Shown here: positions 13,761 through 28,900 of the stretch, piece by piece | Numbering within the stretch: position 1 is the first letter of the stretch | How the letters are laid out: every line of letters starts with the position of its first letter | NCBI GenBank assembly: GCA_964016885.1 | Contig: OZ024743.1 | Span: 322,400,001 to 322,464,000, forward strand | From: Eledone cirrhosa | Lineage: Eukaryota | Length of the DNA stretch: 64,000 bases | Direction: 5' to 3' | Translations under genes and position numbers: made by a program | Notes under the pieces: model-generated | The model's input: only the letters and a program-made list of their open reading frames with translations | Told to the model about the DNA's origin: nothing | Database searches by the model: none

Positions 13761-16643
13761 ATGGAGCTACTGCAAAAGACACTTACCCACATCGATCTGG
13801 GTTTAACTTGGAGCTACAGTAAAACATACTTACCCACCTCGATCTCTGTCCTTAACTTGGCGCTACAGTAAAACACACTTATCCACCTCGATCTGCGTGC
13901 TTAACTCAGAGCTCCAGTAAAAGACACTTACCCACCTCGATCTGGGTCCTTAACTTGGAGCTACAATAAAACACACTTACCCACCTCGATCTGGGTCCTT
14001 AACTTGGAGCTACAGTAAAAGATACTTATCCACCTCGATCTGGGTCCTTAACTTGGAGCTACTGCAAAAGACACTTACCCACCTCTATCTGGATACTTAA
14101 CTTGGAGCTACAGCAAAAGACACTTACCCACCTGATCTGGGTTTAACTTGGAGCTACAGTAAAAGACACTTACCCACCTGATCTGGGTTTAACTTGGAGC
14201 TACAGTAAAACACACTTACCCACCTCTATCTGGTTCCTTAACTTGGAGCTACAGTAAAACACACTTACCCACCTGATCTGGGTCCTTAACTTGGAGCTAC
14301 AGTTAAACACACATAACCAACCTATATCTGGGTCCATAACTTGGAGCTACAGTAAAACATACATTCCCACCTCGATCTGGGTCCTTAACTTGGAGCTACA
14401 GTAAAAGATACTTACCCACCTTGATTTGGGTCCTCAACTTCGAGCTACAGCAAAAGACACTTACCCACCTCGATCTGGGTCCTTAACTTGGAGCTACAGT
14501 AAAAGACACTTACCCACCTCGTACTCTGTCCTTAACTTGGAGCTACAGTAAAACACACTTACCCACCTGATCTGGGTCCTTTACTTGGAGGTACAGTTAA
14601 ACACACATAACCAACCTATATCTGGGTCCATAACTTGGAGCTACAGTAAAACATACATACCCACCTCGATTTGGGTCCTTAACTTCGAGCTACAGCAAAA
14701 GACACTTACCCACCTCGATCTGGGTCCTTAACTTGGAGCTACAGTAAAAGACACTTACACACCTTGATCTGGGTTTAACTTGGAGCTACAGTAAAACATA
14801 CTTACCCACCTCTATCTGGGTCCTTAACTTGGAGCTACAGTAAAACACACTTATCCACCTCGATCTGCGTCCTTAACTTAGAGCTACAGTAAAAGACGCT
14901 TACCCACATCTATCTGGGTCCTTAACTTGGAGCTACGATAAAACACACTTACCCACCGTGATATGGGTCCTTAACTTGGAACTACAGTAACACATAATAC
15001 CCACCTAGATCTGGGTCCTTAACTTGGAGCTACAGTAAAAGACACTTACCCACCTTGATCTGGGACATTAACTTGGAGCTACAATAAAAGACACTTAATC
15101 AACTCGATCTGGGTCCTTTACTTGGAGCTACAGTAAAACACACTTACCCACCTTGATCTGTGTCCTTAACTTGGAGCTGCAGTAAAAGACACTTACCCAC
15201 CTCGTCTGGGTCCTTAACTTGGCGCTACAGTTAAACACACATACCCAACCTAGATCTGGGTCCATAACTTGGAGCTACAGTAAAACATACTTACCCACCT
15301 CGATCTGTGTCCTTATCTTGGAGCTACAGTAAAAGATATTTACCAACCTCGATCTGGGTCCTTAAATAGGAGCTACTGTAAAAGACACTTACCCACCTCG
15401 ATCTCTGTCCTTAACTTGGAGCTACAGTAAAAGACACTTACCCACCTTGATCTGGGTCCTTAACTTGGAGCTACAGTAAAACACACTTACCCACCTCGAT
15501 CTTGGTACTTAACTTGGAGCTACAGTAAAACGCACTTACCCACCTCGATCTGCGTCCTTAACTTAGAGCTACAGTAAAAGACAGTTACCCACCTCGATCT
15601 GGGTCCTTAACTTGGAGCTACAATAAAACACACTTACCCACATTGATCTGGGTCCTTAACTTTGAGATACAGTAAAAGACACTTAACCCCATCGATCTGG
15701 GTCATTAACTTGGAGCTACAGTAAATGACACTTACCCACCTCATCTAGGTCCTTAACTTGGAGCTACGGTAAAACACACTTACCCACCTAGATCTGGGAC
15801 CTTAACTTGGAGCTACAGTAAATCACACTTACCCACCTCGATCTGGGTCCTTAACTTGGAACTACAGTAAAACACACATACCCAACCTAGATCTGGGTCC
15901 TTAACTTGGATCTACAGTAAAACAAATTTACCCATCCCGATCTGGGTCCTTAACTTGGAGCTACAGTAAAGGACACTTTCCCACATTGATCTATGTCCTT
16001 AACTTGGAGCTGCAGTAAAAGACACTTACCCACCTTTTCTGGGTCCTTAACTTGGAGCTACAGTAAAACACACTTACCCACTTTGATCTAGGTCCTTAAC
16101 TTGGAGCTACAGTTAAACACACATAACCAACCTAGATCTGGGTCCATAACTTGGCGCTACAGTAAAACATACTTACCCACCTCGATCTGGGTCCTTAACT
16201 TGGAGATACAGTAAAAGATACTTATCCACCTCGATCTGGGTACTTAACTTGGAGCTACTGCAAAAGACACTTACCCACCTTGATCTGGGTCCTTAACTTG
16301 GAGCTACAGTAAAAGACACTTACCCACCTCGATCTGGGTCCTTAACTTGGAGCTACAGTAGAACACACATACCCAACCTAGATCTGGGTCCTTAACTTGG
16401 AGCTACAGTAAAACATACATACCCACTTTGATCTGGGTCCTTAACTTGGAGCTACAGTAAATGACACTTACCCACATCGATCTGGGTCCTTAACTTGCAG
16501 CTACAGTAAAACACACTTACCCACCTAGATCTGGGTCTTTAACTTGGAGGTACGATAAAACACACTTATCCACCTCGATCTGGTTCCTTAAATTGGAACT
16601 ACAGTAAAACATATTACCCACCTCGATCTGGGTCCTTAACTTG

Positions 16644-18656
16644 GAGCTACAGTAAAAGACACTTACCCACCTCGATCTGGGTCCTTAACTTGGAGCTACA
16701 GTAAAACATACTTACCCACCTTGATGTGGGTCCTTAACTTGGAGCTACAGTAAAAGACACTTATCCACCTCGATCTGGGACCTTAATTTGGAGCTACAGT
16801 AAAACACACTTACTCACCTCGATCTGGGTCCTTAACTTGGAGCTACAGTAAAAGACACTTACCCACCTCGATCTGGGTCCTTAACTTGGCGCTGCAGTAA
16901 AACACACTTGCCCACCTGATCTGCGTGCTTAACTTAGAGCTACAGTAAAAGACACTTACCCACCTCGATCTGGGTCCTTAACTTGGAGCTACAGTAAAAG
17001 ACACTTACCCACATTGATCAGTGTCCCTAACTTGGAGCTGCAGTAAAAGACACTTACCCACCTCGTCTGGGTCCTTAACTTGGAGCTACAGTAAAACACA
17101 CTTACCCACCTCGATCTGGATCCTTTACTTGGAGCTACAGTTAAACACACATAACCAACCTAGATCTGGTTCCAGAACTTGGAGCTACAGTAAAACATAC
17201 TTACCCACCTCGATCTGAATCCTTAACTTGGAGATACAGTAAAAGATACTTATTCACCTCGATCTGGGTACTTAACTTGGAGCTACTACAAAAGACAATT
17301 ACCCACATCGATCTGGGTTTAACTTGGAGCTACAGTAAAACATACTTACCCACCTCGATCTCTGTCCTTAACTTGGCGCTACAGTAAAACACACTTACCC
17401 ACATTTATCTGCGTGCTTAACTTAGAGCTACAGTAAAAGACACTTACCCACCTCAATCTGGGTCCTTAATCTTGGGCTACAATAAAACACACTTACCCAC
17501 ATTGATCTGGGTCCTTAACTTGGAGCTACAGTAAAAGAAACTTACCCCCTCGATCTGGGTCCTTAACTCGGAGCTACAGTAAAACACGCTTACCCACCTG
17601 ATCTGCGTGCTTAACTCAGAGCTACAGTAAAAGACACTTACCCACCTCGATCTGGGTCCTTAACTTGGAGCTACAGTAAAACATACTTACCCACCTTGAT
17701 GTGGGTCCTTAACTTGGAGCTACAGTAAAAGACACTTATCCACCTCGATCTGGGACCTTAATTTGGAGCTACAGTAAAACACACTTACTCACCTCGATCT
17801 GGGTCCTTAACTTGGAGCTACAGTAAAAGACACTTACCCACCTCGATCTGGGTCCTTAACTTGGCGCTGCAGTAAAACACACTTGCCCACCTGATCTGCG
17901 TGCTTAACTTAGAGCTACAGTAAAAGACACTTACCCACCTCGATCTGGGTCCTTAACTTGGAGCTACAGTAAAAGACACTTACCCACATTGATCAGTGTC
18001 CCTAACTTGGAGCTGCAGTAAAAGACACTTACCCACCTCGTCTGGGTCCTTAACTTGGAGCTACAGTAAAACACACTTACCCACCTCGATCTGGATCCTT
18101 TACTTGGAGCTACAGTTAAACACACATAACCAACCTAGATCTGGTTCCAGAACTTGGAGCTACAGTAAAACATACTTACCCACCTCGATCTGAATCCTTA
18201 ACTTGGAGATACAGTAAAAGATACTTATTCACCTCGATCTGGGTACTTAACTTGGAGCTACTACAAAAGACAATTACCCACATCGATCTGGGTTTAACTT
18301 GGAGCTACAGTAAAACATACTTACCCACCTCGATCTCTGTCCTTAACTTGGCGCTACAGTAAAACACACTTACCCACATTTATCTGCGTGCTTAACTTAG
18401 AGCTACAGTAAAAGACACTTACCCACCTCAATCTGGGTCCTTAATCTTGGGCTACAATAAAACACACTTACCCACATTGATCTGGGTCCTTAACTTGGAG
18501 CTACAGTAAAAGAAACTTACCCCCTCGATCTGGGTCCTTAACTCGGAGCTACAGTAAAACACGCTTACCCACCTGATCTGCGTGCTTAACTCAGAGCTAC
18601 AGTAAAAGACACTTACCCACCTCGATCTGGGTCCTTAACTTGGAGCTACAGTAAAA
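16644..18656. repeat. 975-bp (20-monomer) tandem duplication, apparently identical copies
   Basis: Identical ORFs 17021/17996. GATGTGGG at 16723 and 17698. Both copies share GATCTGAATCC, CTACTACAAAAGACAATT and TAATCTTGGG. The segment is single-copy at ~34950-35980. Confidence 0.93.
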
Positions 18657-21600
18657 GATACTTATCCACCTCGATCTGGGTACTTAACTTGGAGCTACAG
18701 TAAAAGACACTTACCCACATTGATCTGTGTCCTTAACTTGGAGCTGCAGTAAAAGACACTTACCCACCTCGTCTGGTTCCTTAACTTGGAGCTACAGTAA
18801 AACACACTTACCCACATTGATCTGGGTCATTAACTTGGAGCTACAGTTAAACACACATATCCAACCTAGATCTGGGTCCATAACTTGGAGCTACAGTAAA
18901 ACATACATACCCACCTCGATCTGGGTCCTTAACTTGGAGCTACAGTAAAAGATACTTACCCACCTCGATTTGGGTCCTTAACTTCGAGCTACAGCAAAAG
19001 ACACTTACCCACCTCGATCTGGGTCCTTAACTTTGAGCTACAGTAAAAGACACTTACCCACCTCGTACTCTGTCCTTAACTTGGAGCTACAGTAAAACAC
19101 ACTTACCCACCTCCATCTGGGTCCTTAACTTGGAGCTACAGTAAAACACACTTATCCACCTCGATCTGCGTCCTTAACTTAGAGCTACAGTAAAAGACGC
19201 TTACCCACCTCTATCTGGGTCCTTAACTTGGAGCTACGATAAAACACACTTACCCACCTTATCTGGGTCCTTAACTTGGAGCTACAGTTAAACACACATA
19301 ACCAACCTATATCTGGGTCCATAACTTGGAGCTACAGTAAAACATACATACCCACCTCGATCTGGGTCCTTAACTTGGAGCTACAGTAAAAGATACTTAC
19401 CCACCTCGATTTGGGTCCTTAACTTGGAGCTACAGTAAAAGACACTTACACACCTTGATCTGGGTTTAACTTGGAGCTACAGTAAAACATACTTACCCAC
19501 CTCTATCTGGGTCCTTAACTTGGAGCTACAGTAAAACACACTTATCCACCTCGATCTGCGTCCTTAACTTAGAGCTATAGTAAAAGACGCTTACCCACCT
19601 CTATCTGGGTCCTTAACTTGGAGCTACGATAAAAAACACTTACCCACCGTGATATGGGTCCTTAACTTGGAACTACAGTAAAACATAATACCCACCTAGA
19701 TCTGGGTCCTTAACTTGGAGCTACAGTAAAAGACACTTACCCACCTTGATCTGGGACATTAACTTGGAGTTACAATAAAAGACACTTAATCAACTCGATC
19801 TGGGTCCTTTACTTGGAGCTACAGTAAAACACACTTACCCACCTTGATCTGTGTCCTTAACTTGGAGCTGCAGTAAAAGACACTTACCCACCTCGTCTTG
19901 GTCTTTAACTTGGCGCTACAGTTAAACACACATACCCAACCTAGATCTGGGTCCATAACTTGGAGCTACAGTAAAACATACTTACCCACCTCGATCTGTG
20001 TCCTTATCTTGGAGCTACAGTAAAAGATATTTACCCACCTCGATCTGGGTCCTTAAATTGGAGCTACAGTAAAAGACACTTACCCACCTCGATCTCTGTC
20101 CTTAACTTGGAGCTACAGTAAAAGACACTTACCCACCTTGATCTGGGTCCTTAACTTGGAGCTACAGTAAAACACACTTACCCACCTCGATCTTGGTACT
20201 TAACTTGGAGCTACAGTAAAACGCACTTACCCACCTCGATCTGCGTCCTTAACTTGGAGCTACAATAAAACACACTTACCCACATTGATCTGGGTCCTTA
20301 ACTTTGAGATACAGTAAAAGACACTTACACCCATCGATCTGGGTCCTTAACTTGGAGCTACAGTAAAACACACTTACCCAAGCGATTTGGGTCCTTAACT
20401 TGGAGCTACAGTATAACACATTTACCGACCTCGATCTGGGTCATTAACTTGGAGCTACAGTAAAAGACACTTACCCACATTGATCTATGTCCTTAACTTG
20501 GAGCTGCAGTAAAAGACACTTACCCACCTTTTCTGGGTCCTTAACTTGGAGCTACAGTAAAACACACTTACCCACTTTGATCTAGGTCCTTAACTTGGAG
20601 CTACAGTTAAACACACATAACCAACCTAGATCTGGGTCCATAACTTGGAGCTACAGTAAAACATACTTGCCCACCTCGATCTGGGTCCTTAACTTGGAGA
20701 TACAGTAAAAGATACTTATCCACCTCGATCTGGGTACTTAACTTGGAGCTACTGCAAAAGACACTTACCCACCTCGATCTGGGTCCTTAACTTGGAGCTA
20801 CAGTAGAACACACATACCCAACCTAGATCTGGGTCCTTAACTTGGAGCTACAGTAAAACATACATACCCACCTTGATCTGGGTCCATAACTTGGAGCTAC
20901 AGTAAATGACACTTACCCACCTCGATCTGGGTCCTTAACTTTCAGCTACAGTAAAACACACTTACCCACCTAGATCTGGGTCTTTAACTTGGAGGTACGA
21001 TAAAACACACTTACCCACCTCGATCTGGTTCCTTAAATTGGAACTACAGTAAAACATATTACCCACCTCGATCTGGGTCCTTAACTTGTAGCTACAGTAA
21101 AAGACACTTACCCACCTCGATCTGGGTCCTTAACTTGGAGCTACAGTAAAACATACTTACCCACCTTGATGTGGGTCCTTAACTTGGAGCTACAGTAAAA
21201 GACACTTATCCACCTCGATCTGGGACCTTAATTAGGAGCTACAGTAAAACACACTTACTCACCTCGATCTGGGTCCTTAACTTGGAGCTACAGTAAAAGA
21301 CACTTACCCACCTCGATCTGGGTCCTTAACTTGGCGCTACAGTAAAACACACTACCCACCTGATCTGCGTGCTTAACTTAGAGCTACAGTAAAAGACACT
21401 TACCCACCTCGATCTGGGTCCTTAACTTGGAGATACAATAAAACACACTTACCCACATTGATCTGGGTCCTTAACTTGGAGCTACAGTAAAAGACACTTA
21501 CCCACATTGATCAGTGTCCTTAACTTGGAGCTGCAGTAAAAGACACTTACCCACCTCGTCTGGGTCCTTAACTTGGAGCTACAGTAAAACACACTTACCC

Positions 21601-22993
21601 ACCTCGATCTGGATCCTTAACTTGGAGCTACAGTTAAACACACATAACCAACCTAGATCTGGTTCCAGAACTTGGAGCTGCAGTAAAACATACTTACCCA
21701 CCTCGATCTGGGTCCTTAACTTGGAGATACAGTAAAAGATACTTATTCACCTCGATCTGGGTACTTAACTTGGAGCTACTGCAAAAGACACTTACCCACA
21801 TCGATCTGGGTTTAACTTGGAGCTACAGTAAAACATACTTACCCACCTCGATCTCTGTCCTTAACTTGGCGCTACAGTAAAACACACTTACCCACATTGA
21901 TCTGCGTGCTTAACTTAGAGCTACAGTAAAAGACACTTACCCACCTCAATCTGGGTCCTTAACTTTGGGCTACAATAAAACACACTTACCCACATTAATC
22001 TGGGTCCTTAACTTGGAGCTACAGTAAAACAAACTTACCCCCATCGATCTGGGTCCTTAACTCAGTGCTACAGTAAAACACGCTTACCCACCTGATCTGC
22101 GTGCTTAACTTAGAGCTACAGTAAAAGACACATACCCACCTCGATCTGGGTCCTTAACTTGGAGATACAATAAAACACACATACCCACATTGATCTGGGT
22201 CCTTAACTTGGAGCTACAGTAAAAGACACTTACCCACATTGATCTGTGTCCTTAACTTGGAGCTGCAGTAAAAGACACTTACCCACCTCGTCTGGTTCCT
22301 TAACTTGGAGCTACAGTAAAACACACTTACCCACATTGATCTGGGTCATTAACTTGGAGCTACAGTTAAACACACATATCCAACCTAGATCTGTGTCCAT
22401 AACTTGGAGCTACAGTAAAACATACTTACCCACCTTGATTTGGGTCCTTAACTTGGAGATACAGTAAAAGATACTTATCCACCTCGATCTGGGTACTTAA
22501 CTTGGAGCTACTGCAAAAGACACTTACCCACATCGATCTGGGTTTAACTTGGAGCTACAGTAAAACATACTTACCCACCTCGATCTCTGTCCTTAACTTG
22601 GTGCTACAGTAAAACACACTTACCCACCTCGATCTGCGTGCTTAACTTAGAGCTACAGTGAAAGGCACTTACCCACCTCGATCTGGGTCCTTAACTTGGA
22701 GCTACAATAAAACACACTTACCCACATTGATCTGGGTCCTTAACTTGGAGGTACAGTAAAAGAAACTTACCCCCATCGATCTGGGTCCTTAACTTGGAGC
22801 TACAGTAAAACACACTTACCCACCTTGATCTGGGTCCTTAAATTGGAGCTACAGCAAAAGACACTTACCCACCTCGATCTGGGTCCTTAACTCGGAGCTA
22901 CAGTAAAACACACTTACTCACCTCGATCTGGGTCCTTAACTTGGAGCTACAGTAAAAGACACTTACCCACCTCGACAGGGTCCTTAACTTGGC

Positions 22994-25900
22994 GCTACAG
23001 TAAAAGACACTTACCCACCTCGATCTGTGTCCTTAATTTGGAGCTACCGAAAAAAAAAATTACCCACCTCGATCTGGGTCCTTAAATTGGACCTACAGTA
23101 AAAGACAACTACACACCTTGATCTTGGTCCTTAACATGGAGCTACAGTAAAACACTTACCCACCTCGATCTGGGTCCTTAACTTAGAGCTATAATAAAAC
23201 ACACTTACCCACCTCAATCTGGTTCTTTAACTTGGAGCTACAGTAAAAGACACTTACCCAGCTTGATTTGGGTCGTTAACCTGGAGCTACAGTAAAAGAC
23301 ACTTACCCGCCTCGATCTGGGTCCTTAACTTGGAGCTAGAGTAAAACACTTACCCACCTCGATCTGGGTCCTTAAATTAGAGGTACAATAAAACACACTT
23401 ACCCACCTCGATCTGTGTCCTTAACTTGGAGCTACAGTAAAAACACTTACCCACCTCGATCTGGGTCCTTAACTTGGAGCTACAGTAAAACACACTTACC
23501 CACATCGATCTGGGTCCTTAACTTGGAGGTACAATAAAACACACTTACCCACCTGATCTGGGTCCCTAACATGGGGCTACAGTAAAACACACCTACCCAC
23601 ATTGATCTGGGTCCTTAACTTTGAACTACAGTAAAACATATTACCCACCTTGATCTGGGTCCTTAACTTGGAGCTACAGTAAAAGACACTTACCCGCCCT
23701 GACCTGGGTCCTTAACTTGGAGCTAGACTAAAACACTTACCCACCTCGATCTGTGTGCTTAACTTGGAGCTACAATAAAACACATTTACCCACCTCAATC
23801 TGGTTCGTTGACTTGGAGCTACAGTAAAACACACTTACCCACCTTGATCTGGGTCCTTAACTTGGAGCTACGATAAAACACACTTACCCACCGTGATCTG
23901 GGTCCTAACTTGAAACTACAGTAAAAGACACTTACCCACCTCGATCTGGGTCCTTAACTTGGAGCTACAATAAAAGACACTTACCCACCTGATCTGGGTC
24001 CTTTACTTGGTGCTACAGTAAAAAATATTACCCACCTCGATCTGGGTCCTTAACTTGGAGCTACAGTAAAAGACACTTACCCACCTCGATCTGGGTCCTT
24101 AACTTGGAGCTACAATAAAAGAAACTTACCCACCTTGATCTGGGTCCTTTAATTGGTGCTACAGTAAAACACACTTACCCACCTCTATCTGGGTCCTTAG
24201 CTTGGAGCTTCAGTAAAAGACACTTACCCACCTTGATCTGGGTCCTTAAATTGGAGCTACAGCAAATGACACTTACCCACCTGTATCTGGGTCCTTAACT
24301 CGGAGCTACAGTAAAACACACTTACTCACCTCCATCTGGGTCCATAACTTAGAGATACATTACAAGATACTTATCACCTCGATCTGGGTACTTAACTTGG
24401 AGCTACTGCAAAAGACACTTACCCACCTCGATCTGGGTCCTTAACTTGGAGCTACAGTAAAACATACTTACCCACCTTGATGTGGGTCCTTAACTTGGAG
24501 CTACAATAAAACACACTTACCCACATTGATCTGGGTCCTTAACTTGGAGCTACAGTAAAACACACTTACCCACCTTGATCTGGGTCCTTAAATTGGAGCT
24601 ACAGCAAATGACACTTACCCACCTGTATCTGGGTCCTTAACTTGGAGCTAGACTAAAACACTTACCCACCTCGATCTGTGTGCTTAACTTGGAGCTACAA
24701 TAAAACACATTTACCCACCTCAATCTGGTTCGTTAACTTGGAGCTACAGTAAAACACACTTACCCACCTTGATCTGGGTCCTTAACTTGGAGCTACGATA
24801 AAACACACTTACCCACCGTGATCTGGGTCCTAACTTGAAACTACAGTAAAAGACACTTACCCACCTCGATCTGGGTCCTTAACTTGGAGCTACAATAAAA
24901 GACACTTACCCACCTCATCTGGGTCCTTTACTTGGTGCTACAGTAAAAAATATTACCCACCTCGATCTGGGTCCTTAACTTGGAGCTACAGTAAAAGACA
25001 CTTACCCACAGCGATCTGGGTCCTTAACTTGGAGCTACAATAAAAGACACTTACCCACCTCGATCTGGGTCCTTTACTTGGTGCTACAGTAAAACACACT
25101 TACCCACCTCTATCTGGGTCCTTAGCTTGGAGCTTCAGTAAAAGACACTTACCCACATTGATCTGGGTCCTTAACTTGCAGCTACAGTAAAACACACTTA
25201 CCCACCTAGATCTGGGTCCATAACATGGAGCTACAGTAAAACATACTTACCCACCTCGATCTGGGTCCATAACTTGGAGATACATTAAAAGATACTTATC
25301 ACCTCGATATGGGTACTTAACTTGGAGCTACTGCAAAAGACACTTACCCACCTCGATCTGGGTCCTTAACTTGGAGCTACAGTAAAACATACTTACCCAC
25401 CTTGATGTGGGTCCTTAACTTGGACCTACTGTAAAAGACACTTACCCACCTCCATCTGGGACCTTAATTTGGAGCTACAGAAAAACACACTTACTCACCT
25501 CGATCTGGGTCCTTAACTTGGAGCTACAGTAAAAGAAACTTACCCACCTCGATCTGGGTCCTTAACTTGGCGCTACAGTAAAACACACTTACCCACCTGA
25601 TCTGTGTGCTTAACTTAGAGCTACAATAAAAGACACTTACCCATCTCGATTTGGGTCCTTAACTTGGAGATACAATAAAACACACTTACCCACATTGATC
25701 TGCGTCCTTAACTTGGAGCTGCAGTAAAAGACACTTACCCACATTGATCTGTGTCCTTAACTTGGAGCTGCAGTAAAAGACACTTACCCACATCGTCTGG
25801 GTCCTTAACTTGGAGCTACAGTATAACACACTTACCCACCATGATCTGGGTCCTTAACTTGGAGCTACAGTTAAACACACATAACCAACCTAGATCTGTG

Positions 25901-28900
25901 TCCATAACTTGGAGCTACAGTAAAACATACTTACCCACCTCGATCTGCGTGATTAACTTAGAGCTACAGTAAAAGGCACTTACCCACCTTGATCTGGGTC
26001 CTTAACTTGGAGCTACAATAAAACACACTTACCCACATTGATCTGGGTCCTTAACTTGGAGCTACAGTAAAACACACTTACCCACCTTGATCTGGGTCCT
26101 TAACTTGGAGCTACAGTAAAAGACACTTACCCACCTCGATATCTGTCCTTAACTTGGAGCTACAGTAAAACACACTTACCCACCTCTATCTGGATCCTTA
26201 ACTTGGAGCTACAGAAAAAGACACTTACCCACCTTGATCTGGATTTAACTTGGAGCTACAGTAAAACATACTTACCCACCTCTATCTGGGTCCTTAACTT
26301 GGAGCTACAGTAAAACACACTTACCCACCTCGATCTGCGTCCTTAACTTAGAGCTACAGTAAAAGACGCTTACCCACCTCTATCTGGGTCCTTAACTTGG
26401 AGCTACGATAAAACACACTTACCCACCGTGATATGGGTCCTTATCTTGGAACTACAGTAAAACATATTACTCACCTCGATCTGGGTCCTTAAATTGGAGC
26501 TACAGTAAAAGACACTTACCCACATTGATCTGGGTCATTAACTTGGAGCTACAATAAAAGACACTTAATCAACTCGATCTGGGTCCTTTACTTGGAGCTA
26601 CAGTAAAACACACTTACCCACCTTGATCTGGGCTCTTAACTTGGAGCTTCAGTAAAAGACACTTACCCACCTCGATCTGCGTCCTTAATTTGGAGCTACA
26701 GTAAAACACACTTACTCACCTCGATCTGGGTCCTTAACTTGGAGCTACAGTAATAGACACTTACCCACCTCGATCTGGGTCCTTAACTTGGAGCTACAGT
26801 AAAAGACACTTACCCACCTTGATCTGGGTCCTTAACTTCGAGCTACAGTAAAAGACACTTACCCACCTTGATCTGGGTCCTTAACTTGGAGCTACAATAA
26901 AACACACTTACCCACATTGATATGAGTCCTTAACTTGGAGCTACAGTAAAATACACTTACCCACATTGATCTGTGTCCTTAACTTGGAGCTGCAGTAAAA
27001 GACACTTACCCACAACGTCTGGGTCCTTAACTTGGAGCTACAGTAAAACACACTTACCCAACATGATCTGGGTCCTTAACTTGGAGCTACAGTTAAACAC
27101 ACATAACCAACCTAGATCTGTGTCCAGAACTTGGAGCTACAGTAAAACATGCTTACCCACCTCGATCTGGGTCCTTAACTTGGAGATACAGTAAAAGATA
27201 CTTATCCACCTCGATCTGGGTACTTAACTTGGAGCTACTGCAAAAGACACTTACCCACATTGATCTGGGTTTAACTTGGAGCTACAGTAAAACATACTTA
27301 CCCACCTAGATCTCTGTCCTTAACTTGGCGCTACAGTAAAACACACTTACCCACCTCGATCTGCGTGCTTAACTTAGAGCTACAGTAAAAGGCACTTACC
27401 CACCTCTATCTGGGTCCTTAACTTGGAGCTACAGTAAAAGAAACTTACCCCCATCGATCTGGGTCCTTAACTTGGAGCTACAGTAAAACACACTTACCCA
27501 CCTTGATCTGGGTCCTTAACTCGGAGCTACAGCAAAAGACACTTACCCACAATGATCTGGGTCCTTAACTCGGAGCTACAGTAAAACACGCTTACCCACC
27601 TGATCTGCGTGCTTAACTTAGAGCTACAGTAAAAGACACTTACGCACCTCGATCTGGGTCCTTAACTTGGAGATACAATAAAACACTCTTACCCACATTG
27701 ATCTGGGTCCTTAACTTGGAGCTACAGTAAAAGACACTTACCCACATTTCTGTGTCCTTAACTTGGAGCTGCAGTAAAAGACACTTACCCACCTCGTCTG
27801 GTTCCTTAACTTGGAGCTACAGTAAAAGACACTTACCCACATTGATCTGTGTCCTTAACTTGGAGCTACAGTAAAAGACACTTACCCACATTGATATGTG
27901 TCCTTAACTTGGAGCTGCAGTAAAAGACACTTACCCACAACGTCTGGGTCCTTAACTTGGAGCTACAGTAAAACACACTTACCCACCATGATCTGGGTCC
28001 TTAACTTTGAGCTACAGTTAAACACACATATCCAACCTAGATCTGTGTCCATAACTTGGAGCTACAGTAAAACATACTTACCCACCTGATTTGGGTCCTT
28101 AACTTGGAGATACAGTAAAAGATACTTATCCACCTCGATCTGGGTTCTTAACTTGGAGCTACTGCAAAAGACACTTACCCACATCGATCTGGGTTTAACT
28201 TGGAGCTACAGTAAAACATACTTACCCACCTCGATCTCTGTCCTTAAATTGGCGCTACAGTAAAACACACTTACCCACCTCGATCTGCGTGCTTAACTTA
28301 GAGCTACAGTAAAAGGCACTTACCCACCTTGATCTGGGTCCTTAACTTGGAGCTACAATAAAACACACTTACCCACATTGATCTGGGTCCTTAACTTGGA
28401 GCTACAATAAAACATACTTACCCACGTCGATCTGGGTCCTTAACTTGGAGCTACAGTAAAAGATACTTATCCACCTCGATCTGGGTACTTAACTTGGAGC
28501 TACTGCAAAAGACACTTACCCACCTCGATCTGGATACTTAACTTGGAGCTACAGTAAAAGATACTTACCCACCTCGATTTGGGTCCTTAACTTCGAGCTA
28601 CAGCAAAAGACACTTACCCACCTCGATGTGGGTCCTTAACTTGGAGCTACAGTAAAAGACACTTACACACCTTGATCTGGGTTTAACTTGGAGCTACAGT
28701 AAAACATACTTACCCACCTCTATCTGGGTCCTTAACTTGGAGCTACAGTAAAACACACTTATCCACCTCGATCTGCGTCCTTAACTTAGAGCTACAGTAA
28801 AAGGCGCTTACCCACCTCTATCTGGGTCCTTAACTTGGAGCTACGATAAAACACACTTGCCCACCGTGATATGGGTCCTTAACTTGGAACTACAGTGAAA

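Larger units (their letters stand above)
2737..23005. repeat. Large tandem segmental duplication, copy 1 (~20.3 kb)
   Basis: The private marker CCG(A10)TTACC occurs at A-run 2793-2802 and 23050-23059 (offset 20257). ORF-track offsets are 20110, 20111, 18302, 17327 and 17376. The marker CTCGACAGGG has its G at 22974 and 40350 (offset 17376). Confidence 0.95.
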
